Shown here piece after piece: positions 1-11,347 of a DNA stretch of 64,000 nucleotides. The stretch lies in the NCBI RefSeq assembly GCF_964204865.1, contig NC_135260.1:9982001-10046000 (forward strand), given 5' to 3'. The stretch's first letter is position 1. Each line of letters starts with the position of its first letter. Origin of the DNA: Styela clava (lineage: Eukaryota). Under the pieces are notes generated by a model. The model was given only the letters and a program-made list of their open reading frames with translations. It was not told the origin of the DNA and did not search any database. Both the position numbers and the translations under genes were made by a program.

Positions 1-578
1 TGGATGGAAACTACCTATATTTTTTGCCTTCCTCCGATTTTAGACAAATTTATTCTGAGGGATTTCGCATATAATTCTCACTGATTGTTGGCTGTTTATA
101 ATTCCTATTGATTGTGAATTCTGATTATAACAATGAGTTGAAAATTTTTTTACCTAATTTACTGGCACCTTTTTCTTGTCAATACTCCAAGCTGAGGTAA
201 TAAACATGACAATACATTTATGTCATCTGGAAGCAAAATATGCACACTAATTAATAATTTGGCACATTGAGATAATACATCATGACAGAAAATACAAGTT
301 AAAGATATGTATGACCATCACATGGTAATTAAAATTAATAAAAATTAATAGGGGCTGTGGAGTATGGAAAGTTCAAGACAAAGAAAAGAACAAATGTTCA
401 TAGCTCATGAACTCTCAATTTTGCCTCCATTGCTTTGTGAAGGCCAATATATTTCGAGTGGCTGAATTGGTTTACCTTTATGATAGCAACGATTTTGTAT
501 TTAATATAGCGAGATTATTTCAATTTAATTGAAGTGATATAATTTCCCAAAGCAATGCTTGAATCGTCTAGAATAGAT

Positions 579-1756
579 CAGTGGTGTCAAACTCATGGGT
601 TTTCGAGAGCCGCATTGCATTTTGAAAATTGTAAAAAGAGCCGCAAACAGTTTTTGATAATGTATACTCAAAAGATATTTTTAAGATAGTTTTAGTTTGT
701 GACATATATTGTGATGCAACTAAACAGTTGGATTAGGTTTTATTATTTTCTTCAATTTCAAATGCAATTACATATTAATATTTGCATTCCACTATTATTG
801 CAAGTTGCAGTATTTATTATAAAAAATCTTAAAATTATATGTACAACCATCAAAATCATTTTTGAACAAGCTTTGAATAAGGAAAGAATAATACATACAC
901 TAAAAATACCTTAATCTAAATATATGAACCTAAAATTAGCAAAAATACTACAGTATAAACTCAATGTTTTAATAATTACATTTGTCCTGGCGTTTGGCAT
1001 CTTTTTTTGTGTCACCAGCATACTAAGGCCAGTCTGAAATGATTTTATAGTACCAACTCTAACTAACGAGGCCACATGATCATGGGTTTATCTGGATCTT
1101 TACGAATGTTTAATTAATTCCAGTAATGCAAAAAAGTTACTTTTATCATTTCATGTATAGATCAGTAAAAAAACAAACGACAGATTTTTTCGACAAGACA
1201 TTTCGCACTACATTGCGTGGCATAGGATTGCTTGAATTATTCTTGATATTGATTTTTAGTAACTAAGTCGTTGTATAATTATATTAATATACAAACACAT
1301 GGAAATTTTCTGTTCGAAGTTGGTCTTCGAATTTGTCATATTGACTGCTGAGCTTATTGTGTTTTTTGATTGTATTGATGGAAATATGACAAATTAAACA
1401 ATGTGCTTCAGAATTTTGTGAAGAGCAGAAATGTTACAACTCCCATTTTCTTCGAAAATACCACCTTCTTCATGTACTTTGCGTTTAATTTAATTACTCA
1501 AGTGTTTTATTCAAGTATTCTTTTGGTAGCTTGATGTGTATTCTTAATTGGGTCAAAATGTGGACAAAAAAAATTAATATTCCAAAACTACTTTCAGTAA
1601 ATTGTTTTCTGTGTGAATAATCAATTTCACTTTAGAAGGTTTGAAAAATCTATTACATTTAGATAAAAAAAAACTTCCAGAATACTATTACAATTATTGT
1701 TAAGCGTTCGAGGGCCGCACTGGAAGTTCTCTGGGGCCGCGAGTTTGAGATCCCTG
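579..1756 (-). mobile_element. Non-autonomous hAT (Charlie/SPIN-like) DNA transposon with a decayed transposase C-terminus
   Basis: TIRs CAGTGGTGTCAAACTC (579) and GAGTTTGAGATCCCTG (ends 1756), GGCCGC/AGCCGC subterminal motifs, flanks gaatagat/gtctagat (degenerate nTCTAGAn TSD). The minus strand at ~975-1110 reads, with a stop and frameshifts, like RSR*THDHVASLVRVGTIKSF...LVTQK/RCQ, resembling the GTF2IRD2/SPIN-type transposase tail. Confidence 0.75.
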
Positions 1757-2009
1757 GTCTAGATTGAAGTTGTTCAAAAAATATATGATAGTATTTTATC
1801 ATGAATGATGATTATACCCCTTCCGGAATTTCTTCTATAGTACTACCAAAAGTTGATGAACCAAATATAACACAGGTGCAGTGAGGTACCCGTAATTCTC
1901 ATTTCCAAAGCTGTTTTAAGTATGTCTGGCGTGTTTTGTGCCTTTTTACAAATAAGACCGCTTATGCAATCTTACGCTTTGGAATTTTTAGTTATTTTCC
2001 TCAAGCCCT

Positions 2010-2330
2010 GCAGGATGTGGGGGCCATACACAACTCTACCGGAGGGTCAAATGTCTTTGCATGCCTCCATAGGTTGTTCGTTCGTGCATACGCCTTGAAA
2101 GCAGCACACATCCGCTCGTTTTCGTCTCGTCAAGTATGTGCATTGGAGCGTGCTATCGAATACGATCTTCGGACAAAAATGCCGGAGTTGCGCATCATGT
2201 TGTTTAATGTCATTGGTGTCCAACAACAAACAAAAATGGGAATTGTACATTCCAACATTTGCATCATTTATCTGGCTCTTTTTACTGGATATACCGGCTT
2301 GCAATTCTTGACTCTTTTCATCAGTTTGAA
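2010..2330 (-). pseudogene. Putative piggyBac-type transposase C-terminal relic
   Basis: Fragments across shifting minus-strand frames (NVGMYNSHF, LRHFCPKI, GCVLLSRRMHERTTY, CKD, DPPVELCMAP) follow the order of the piggyBac DDD tail and Cys-rich domain. Locally higher GC. No termini found. Confidence 0.4.
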
Positions 2331-2620
2331 CTTTAAAGACTAAACACAAAGTTGGGTTAGCTTGGGTGGCGGTCGGACTCTTAGTAATAATTTCTGGATG
2401 TTCTGATGTTACTTGCCTCCTTTTTACTTTTTTTCACCGTCGGATCGGCTGATTGGTCGATTAGAGTCTGATGCATAGATTTGGATGTTTATATTTTTTC
2501 AGGTTTATTGACTTATATTTCATATGTCAGTATGTAATTTGTATGCAATGAATCAGTGCTCAACTGTTTATTAAAAAATGAAATGTTATCAGCCATAGTT
2601 TTATGACATAAACCGACAAG

Positions 2621-5600
2621 ATGGCAGAGGGAGATAACTCAGTCTCTGATGATGACTTGAATCAGCAGAAAGGTGAATCTGGTAAGATATTATTGACAAT
2701 CTGAACATAAATAGTTGGATTAAAATTGAGATTTTTATTGTTTACATTTTACCAGTTTGTAATCTCTTGGCACCAGTCAACCAGTTGGTTTAATAATATT
2801 TTTTAATGGTCCTGTTAGAATGAAAAGTCATATTGGCACTACCTTACCCCATATAATTTACACGCTTGGAAGTGGGTGCCATATACAGATATAGCATATG
2901 GCTATCTATCATGCTGATCAAAAATGTGATTTTATAATTTATACCTGTATCATTATTTGTTTGTTGGCGAGCTTCAACAGTTCAAACACAGAAACAGTCA
3001 AAAGGGTGGTAAAATTACTCCAAGTTGGTACCTACTGTAAGCCTCCGTCTGATTGTATTGTAATATATAATACTGTAATATGTAGCGTTTTATATCTAGT
3101 TCATTTATACCAGTATGTAGAATTGTTATCCTCGAAAGTTGCAGGTGCGTAATACATCACCATGAATTTTAATGGTTTCAGTAGCTCTTCGCATTTCAGT
3201 AGTTGTGCATGACCTTGTTTTGAACGAATTTCCTTAAAAAATTACAGGAAATGGGATAAATTGCATTTGGTATTTATGCTTTTCAAGCTATCCATATCTA
3301 CTGCTCCAGCAGTTCTCAAACTTTTTCTTCGTGCTGCGCCAAACTTTTAGGGAAAAAACGCATGGCACACTTACACGAGAAAAATCAATTTTGTGATCGA
3401 TAATGTGTCTGAATTTTATGTCTTGCAAAGTTTGTAAACATGTAGGTCTAAGGAATAAAAGCAAAAGGTTAACTCTTTTTTTTCCATCTTGCCTGATTTT
3501 ACATTGAAATGCTAAAAAATAATTCATGTTCTCTAAACTCGGTTCAGCAGATAAATAAACTGCAGCTCACGAAATTGCATCGAGTGGTGTATATCCCTAT
3601 TGTTACATAACAGTAGAGACAGACATTATGTAACAAAAATTAAACAACATAAAAAGTGAAAAGAATTTATTGATTCAAATACACAGCATTCAAAATAAGA
3701 AACAATAAAACAGTTATAATAATTACAATATGTAAAATATTTAATTATATTTCAGTTATGTCCAATACAATTTTCGCGGCGTACCCTTCGAGAACCGCTG
3801 TACTACAATATTAATTTCTTCATTGATTTATTCAGGCTTCTTTGATCATAGGCCGCTCTTCCTATTATTTTCTCAATGCTTCGTAATTTTGAGATTAATT
3901 ATGATTTTCATTTTTTACAACAGGTACAATAAGAGAAGGGACTGCACGAGTACACATGAAACTTTTCCCAAAATATGGTTTCCTTGTTCCTGATAATCCA
4001 CTCTCCATGGGTGACACAATCTTTTTTGGCCTGACAGCTCATGTAGATGCTTCAAAAAAGTATATTGCAGATCTTCGTGAAGAGCTCTACCCTGATCAAA
4101 AAGTAAAATTCATGGCTGTACCCGTTGAACGCGATGGTTCTATAAAATGGAAGGTAAATATTTGTCTCACACAAAAATAGGATAGGATTTTTATTTTCTC
4201 TCCGGGAGCGAGGAGTCCAGCAATCCTTTTGTACATATTATCACTCATGGGATTTGTACCAGCGAACCCACACAAGATGATCGAAGGTGCGGTGAGCATA
4301 TTCCTAACGCTTACGGGAGCATGATACGCCACCAATACTTAGTTTATATCTACAGTTAGCCTTTGGTGCAAAAATACTGTGCAACAACTTTGTTGTTGTT
4401 TAAATTAACTTTGTTAAATTCATAATCGGCTTTATCATACTTTGTTGGCAGTCTTGGCCCGTCACATTAATTTGGGCGTTTTATGCAAGACTTGTCCTAG
4501 GCGCAGGAATTTGAATGGGAAGTCTAAAACATATTTGGGACATTATAAGTAAATGATGTCGGAAATTAATTTTGTGAATAATCCAGTGTTTTTCAACCTA
4601 TGGGTCGTGAGTTCAAAGCTGCGTGGCCTAAAAATCCATTTTGGTCGCCTGTTTGTCATCAAAAAATTATTGAATTTATTTTCTAGGTAATATAAATGTA
4701 TCTTTTGTATTTGACATTGAATTGTTACTCAGGTATAATTGGATATGTGAGAAAAATATTAAATCGGAAAAGCTTGTTGTGAACGTTAAAACTGATTCAA
4801 TTGAATAGGTTCCTCTTGCAATTTTTATTTTTCAACCGAAATTAAATGATATTCACACGTCACACCACTTTACTTACCGTAAGTGAACTCAATAATTTTT
4901 GGAAATTTGAACCAATTTTTAGTCTCTGATTATCTCTGACAATTCCAACGTGTCCCCGAAGCTCTAAGTTATTTATTTATTATTTATTTTCAGGCATTGG
5001 TGGTTGGTCCTTTACCTGATGACCAACAGGATGTTCCCAGAATTATAGGTATGTGTTATTGCTTCTATTTATTTTTTTTTTGTTTGTCTTTTGTGCCATT
5101 ATACTTTATATTTAGAGGAGGAAGGAGAGGAAGATGGTCAAATCTGGTTAACTTGTCGAATTCATCCAAATTTACAGCCAACACATGGTTTTGCTACTCC
5201 AGAAGGTGGAAATCAATATCATGACAATGTTTATTTTAGTTTACGTGAGGTAAATTCAAATTTAATTTTTTTTTTATTGTAATTTTCTTTTATGTCCCAA
5301 CATTCACTTTTGTAGGCATGTTTATTGTTTTTCCCAAAATATAGACAGTATATCTTGGCATTTCAGTATTCACATGCAAAAATCCCCTTCATTTTCGAGT
5401 GAGTGTTGTGACCTTGCCCTGAGCAATCATCTTATAAAAATATAGGCCTATATACATTATGAGTTACCAAATAAGGAATACATGCACAAATATTTAATTG
5501 TATTATAGAATGAACCATTACATCTATATTTTTGTAACAAAACAATATTAAAAACAAATAGAAATTTCCTTAACAATACGTGTCAAATGATATCAATATT

Positions 5601-8600
5601 TAACTAATTTCATAAAATAATAAATACTCAGTTTTACTCACACTCACACTAAATACTCGGTTTTTATTCTGCCAAGTGTGGCGTTTTGGTTTTGCAAACT
5701 CATAGCTACTGCTCAGACTAATTTTTCCCCATGACTCGCAAAGGCTATCGGGACTGCTTTGGACCGCTGTGTCCATATATTTGGGCTTTGCTCTTGCTCT
5801 CTTGTTAAGTACCGGTAATAATTTTATCAGTTTAGATTTTTTGTGTGGCCCTTCAATTCTCAACTGCATTGAAATAGGGTCTTCAATTTCGTTTCTTCAG
5901 GCAACTGACGGTCTTGAAGTCTCCGTTTCTGATTTGACTTCCGTATTTTCTGCCGGAGAAAGAATCAAAGCTCTTTGTGTGTCTGCTGATCCTCAATTCA
6001 AAGCTAAATACAGAGCATTGAAAGTCTGCAAAATTCCGGAGTCTGCAGATGCTGATTCGGTATGTATGGGTTTGAAAAATTGATCTGAAAAATATTCACG
6101 AATCCTATTTACTGTCAACTGTTTCAATAAACTTTAAAACTGTCTATGCATGTATGAAAGTTTTGTAGTTCTACTCTATGATAGGATTTACAAGTTTATC
6201 CCACTGGAGAGGAAATACTATTAGACAGCATAATCACATGGCTGACCTATGGCCTCTCATCCAGTTACTAGTCCATGTAGGCTCTATCATTATTTGATAC
6301 TGGTATTATTCTTCTTTGCCTATAGTTTGCAGGCAATTCCTATATTGGATTGTGTAAATCTAATTGGAAAGTCAACCAGCTGTAATAAACTTTCTGCTTT
6401 ATCAAATTTATACTGTAATTTGTTTCCAAATTTTTATCATGAACATCGAATATTTAATATCACAATGTTTGATTATTTAATATTTGTTCTCCTTTATAGA
6501 CTGCAAATAGTGATACTCCCGTTTCCAAGAATTCTGCTGAAGATTGTTTGCTGGTCGAAGAAACTGATCAAAGCGCAGTGTCATGGATATATGAAGTTCT
6601 TAAAAGCAAAGATAAAATCAAATTAACAAGCCTAGCAGGAGATTTAAGTCACAATTCCGATATTCGTTCTGTGGTACAACCCCAAAAGAAATCTCTAAAG
6701 CGTTTCCTTGCAAAGTATCCACGTTTCTTCACTATTAAAGAAGATATAGTCAGCCTCGCTCCAAATTGCCCGCCAATTAACTTCAAACCAGTCAGAAAAT
6801 CAAGTGATACATTTCCCAGAGATGAGTATGTTCTTAACAAAAACTGGTCTTCTGAAGACGAGTCTCTCAACAGCCCTAGTGCATCTGAGAGTATACCATC
6901 TGGCATGTCATCACCTATATTATATACAACACATAATTTGAAAACATTGGCGGATTCTTCGTCTCGCTTCACCATGAGCATGCTGGCAAATATAGTCAAG
7001 TCTTTGCCAGAACCAATGAAGATGTCTGAAATTTTTAAACACTGTCAAAAGCAAGGTTGGGAAGGAATGAGAAGTATGGCAATGTTGGCACAAGTCGTTT
7101 CCGACAACCCAACCTATTTTTGCCAGGACGAGAAAGGATGCTTGCTAGTTACTGCGGAAGGAAAAAATCTCTCTGTCAAACAAGCTGATGTTAATAATAT
7201 TAAGACGACAAAAAGTTCCGTAAATGGTACTAACCATCCATTAACAAGTTCTATAATTGTCAGTGCTCCCAATGTTGAAACTACAATAGGTCAAGGACCG
7301 CTTGGAAGCTTTAACCACTCTTCAACTGCATCTGCATTTTCAATCTTCTCTCCACTATCGCCTCCAAAGCCTCAAGAGTCATCTTCATCACTGATAACAC
7401 CTAGTTTAGGATTTGGAACATCTGCCTTCAACCATACTCAGTCAAATGTAGGAATAAATCGAAAAGCATACATGCCTATTAGCACCAATTTTCTTGGTCT
7501 GACTCCATCATATCAGGTATAAATTAAATGATTCTTTATTCCCATCTCATTCTCTTCTTGGTTAAGTGATAGCTGGTAACACTGGTAGCAAAAAGGTTTC
7601 TTATTTTGTCCGTAACTGTAATTAAAATTTTTTTGTTCAACTCTTTCAGTGTTAAATGTAAGACTATAGCTAGATTCCATTTTCAGTGTTGGAAAATATG
7701 TACTGTTTTGCTAAATTGTTGTTAAAGCAATAAATTGCCTGAAAATAGTGCTCTAATCACTCTCAATTCTTTGATATTTAAAGTATATTTGATAGGATAT
7801 TTCGGTGTCACTTTGGTTTGCGATCGCACTTGCTCAAAACATGATCTCAATCACATACCAGGTGTTGCCACTTCGGTATGATTTTAAGCTCTCAATGAAT
7901 TCCAAACCTTATCCTAACTGAGATCACACCTTGTTGAGATTGCTTACTAAAATAGCATCGATATTTTCTTTATATTTTCTAGTCACATTTCTTCCAAGCT
8001 TGTTTGGGTTTGATCTTTTTGTTCCCAAATTGTCTTGTTTTAAATTCTCACCTCTTAGTCTCACTGATCATTTTTGGTGAGCTAGTGGTGATGGTGTGAA
8101 CTGTGAAGACACAGTGACAGTACGTTGAGCACCCCTCTCCTTTTATTTTTAGGCTGACAGATCCAAATCCACAGCAAGTAATAATTTTGGAAATAATTCA
8201 TTCCCTTCAAGTCATGTTTTACCTGTCGCCCATACTTCTTCAACTACTTCCTTGACACGACTCAGTAATGGATATGTAAGTTTACTTTGTTTGAAAATGT
8301 GAATTCGATAGCTATTAATCATAAGCTCGGATATATTTATTATTATGTGTTATTTCAGATCACATGATCACAATAGAGTATCTGACATACAAATGTTCAC
8401 CATTTGACATGAAAAATTATTGCCATTTTCTGAATGCACAACCTATTAATTCAATATATTTTGTTCAAGAAAAAAAATATAATGTAAATAGAAAAATTTT
8501 TGGCGTTCCCAGAAGTGGACCACGTTGAGAAACACTGCTTTACACTACTCACCTATGTAAAATCATATTTAGGTATCTTTTCAATATTTTCGGACATTCG

Positions 8601-11347
8601 TGAGAAGTGGAAAAAACATTGGGAAGCATTCATAATTTTCTTTATTACCTTGCTGATAATTTGCATCACAAATTACATTTACCAGATTTATCACAGTGAC
8701 AATGAAGACTTATTAGATGACAAATTCAGATCTCCAAAATCAGTGACATCTGCGAGTCATTATAATGAAGAGGAGAGTCAATTTTTGTCCGTGGTTGCTC
8801 GAGGAATTTGTCCTCACGCTGTGGGTGGAGGTGAAGAAGTTTTCAAAATGCTGAAAAAAGAGCTCGAAGCACTCGGGATATCATTGTCAGACAACGAGGG
8901 AGGAAACACAAGCGGTACACTGTCACGTCATCTATTATGTTTGGAAATGGATGTGGGAAAGAAACCAAGAGCAAAGTAAGCAGAATAGGATGAAATTTAT
9001 ATATTTTTTGTGGGGGGGGGGGAGAGGAAAATGTAATTGATATTGATATATTATATTTTCTAGGTTCCAGTCTTTCACACCAAGTGGAAAAATCAGCAAA
9101 ACAACTGTGACATTATTGTCAGCTGAAAGAATAAGTGAGGCTGCTCTAGCTAATATGCTTACCTTGTCACAAGCAAATGTTAACATAACAAGAGTTGGAA
9201 GACTTCTATATGGCATAAACAAAGCTTATCATTGTATAAGGTAGAACACTTCCTATTTCATTACTAAAGATGCATTTGTACAAGTGATATTCTTGTCATT
9301 GTATGGTATTAAAGCCCGACATTCAAAAATAGAACTCTTTGTTTGAACCATAGTGAATTTTGGGTATTCCTGTAGTGTGTGTACCATACCAGGTTAGGGT
9401 TAGGCCATAATTTTATTTCGATTTTCCTTATTTCAGTTCTATTGCGAGTTTGGGGACTGTCTGTGTTATACAAGTGAATATACCCCCTGCCCATAGGTTT
9501 CAGTCCCTTTACACAACTTAATGTAAAATAGGCGAACAAAATTAGTCACCTCCGTAACTGAGTGAAATGCTTCCTGCTCTAAATTCTTTCAGAGTCTGAT
9601 ATTTCACTGCAAAATTCGCTGTTTTTCACAAATCCCTGGCATACTTTCACAGCATTTAGGACAGTACTTCTAACATTTGACTGGAAGTTTGCTGGCATTG
9701 TGATCTTCATTTGGCCTTTGTGTGAATATATTTGAGTACTTGTCCCTTGTTTTCGAATAATTCTTTACTATTTAAGAAAAAATATTATAATTTCGAATAC
9801 CAATTATTTCAATTATTATTTACAATATTACAGATTTTTATAGAAATATATTCCTGCTTTTCTTTTCAGAATGCTAACAAATGGTATTGATGAGATTTCT
9901 GGCTGTACTGTAAGTTTCAAGAACCAAGATGCCCCCGATATCAGAATGTCTGATCATTTGCAACTTGGAGAAAAGGGAAAAGTGAAAATAATATTGAGTC
10001 ACAGTAGTCAGGGTACAACCTCAAGTGCTGCTTGTGCATCATTGAGAAAACATGCTATCGAAAAATGTGTGAATTCAACTGTTGTTGTAGTAGACTTGGA
10101 GGGCCAGGTTTGTGCATTCTACTGATATATATACCCTCTCCTTACAAAAATATTTTCAGGGTCTTTGTGTGTTATTTTTCTTAACATTAGCATTGACCGA
10201 CGTGATCATATCAGTCAACTGACCTTTATGCCCATATGTTATCTTGTTTTGCAGATTAAAGTAAAACCGACTCTTTTCATTTGTCCAAATTAGCTTTTCT
10301 ATTCTTATACAGTTCTTTTATACTTTAACTTTACTTTGGGTGGTATGCATAACATCATGTTATTTTCTTTTCTTCAGATTTTTGGATTTGGCTGTCATAC
10401 TTCTGAAGTTCGTCGCATGATTTGTGGAAGCTTAGACATGCAGCAACGACATTTAAAGGAAACTGTTCATCATCATCCCAGTTTAGTTGTTGCAAATTCT
10501 ATCGATTGTGTCGAATCTTTAAAATTATTGAAGCGAATAAATGCTAAAGGTAAGTAGCAGATGCCTGAATGGTAATTATGAATGTGGCTTTAGAAAGGAT
10601 AAAATGGAATTTACATATTTATCTTGGGGAGTGGAAAGTCGATAAGGCGCCTTAATCATATGATGAGCCACGGCCTCTCGTCTTGTTACCAGTCCATGTT
10701 GGGTATGAGATTAGTTAGCCAGTTATTTGTTTCCGGCTTGATGTTGGAGGAAGACCTGCAGTTATGTAACTGACCTGCAGTTACGTGAACCTTCCTATGG
10801 CGGAGAGAAGTACAGCAATCCTCTTGCACATAATTATTGCCTGAAGGCTGAAATAAAGATTTGTGCTCTGGTGTGAAAAAAATTATTTTCATTTTTTAAC
10901 CTGATATTCAGGCTCGACGTAACATCTGCTTAAATATTGCATATGCATAGCACTGTTCTTCATTTTCCAGATTAACCAGTTTAAGTCTATATTCCACTAA
11001 TTTCTCACTTGTTACTGTCATTCCTAGTACCCTCGTGTTGTGTACTTTGTGCGCAATTTTTACAATATTTTCGATTGTCTTTTGTGATTTTCTTATACTA
11101 TCCAGAAACTTCACGCGTATAGGTATTAAAATATATTTCCTCACTAAATTTTACCTTTTCTCGTAAAACATGATATTGATTAATCTGAGTTGTTAATTTA
11201 AGATTACCTAATCGAGCATCCAGCTTCCACATCCACACAATAGCTTGCGCTAAGTAATTTCATTTCTATTTAGGAATTTCCATATATGCAGAGGTCACCA
11301 AATCATTGGAAAAAACTGTGAGAAATATATTTAATGATTGTACATAA
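2621..11347 (+). CDS. ~909 aa putative RNA-binding protein: 2 cold-shock-like OB folds + Egalitarian/LIN-66-like winged helix + Ser-rich linker + ACT-like/alpha-beta C-terminus
   Basis: Exons 2621-2681, 3924-4153, 4994-5048, 5116-5249, 5901-6059, 6500-7516, 8153-8275, 8686-8975, 9064-9240, 9870-10107, 10378-10549, 11274-11347. All introns GT-AG with compatible phases, total 2730 nt, AATAAA near 11505-11525. OB-like repeats KLFPKYGFLVPD..TIFF..DLREELYPDQKVKF..KWKALVV and PTHGFATPE..NVYF..DLTSVFSAGERIKA..KYRALKV. Winged-helix-like segment KLTSLAGDLSH..DIRSVV..KKSLKRFLAKYPRFFTIKEDIVSL. Confidence 0.8.
3307..3800. mobile_element. Non-autonomous hAT-type MITE in intron 1 of gene 1
   Basis: Ends CAGCAGTTCTCAAA (3307) and TTCGAGAACCGCTG (3800) are inverted repeats. 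Flanks tactgctc/tactacaa form only a degenerate 8-bp TSD. Confidence 0.55.
4177..4330 (-). mobile_element. tRNA-derived SINE, internally deleted copy (head joined to tail)
   Basis: Minus strand has a box-B-like GGTACAAATCCC, then AGGATTGCTG (shared with the 10596-10840 copy), then the tail AAATCCTATCCTAT. Confidence 0.6.
6177..6281 (-). mobile_element. SINE 3' fragment (same family as 10596-10840)
   Basis: GATAGGATTTAC..TTTATCCC..GGAGAGGAAA..TAATCACATGG..GGCCTCTCATCCAGTTACTAGTCCATGT aligns with 10596-10700. Confidence 0.7.
10596..10840 (-). mobile_element. SINE body and 3' tail
   Basis: GC-richer intronic block that overlaps in sequence with both the 4177-4330 and 6177-6281 copies. Confidence 0.7.

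Noticed and set aside
4230-4330. tRNA-like box B sequence
   Set aside because: No cloverleaf. It is the head of a SINE, not a tRNA gene.
6649-6999. 116 aa minus-strand ORF, and similar ORFs at 16317-16561, 17131-17406, 44144-44383, 55526-55738 and 60619-60822
   Set aside because: Antisense shadows of real coding exons with no independent motifs.
8500-8685. Hydrophobic TM-like stretch in the 159 aa ORF (FIIFFITLLIICI)
   Set aside because: It is the T-rich intron upstream of the 8686 acceptor, not coding in the spliced model.
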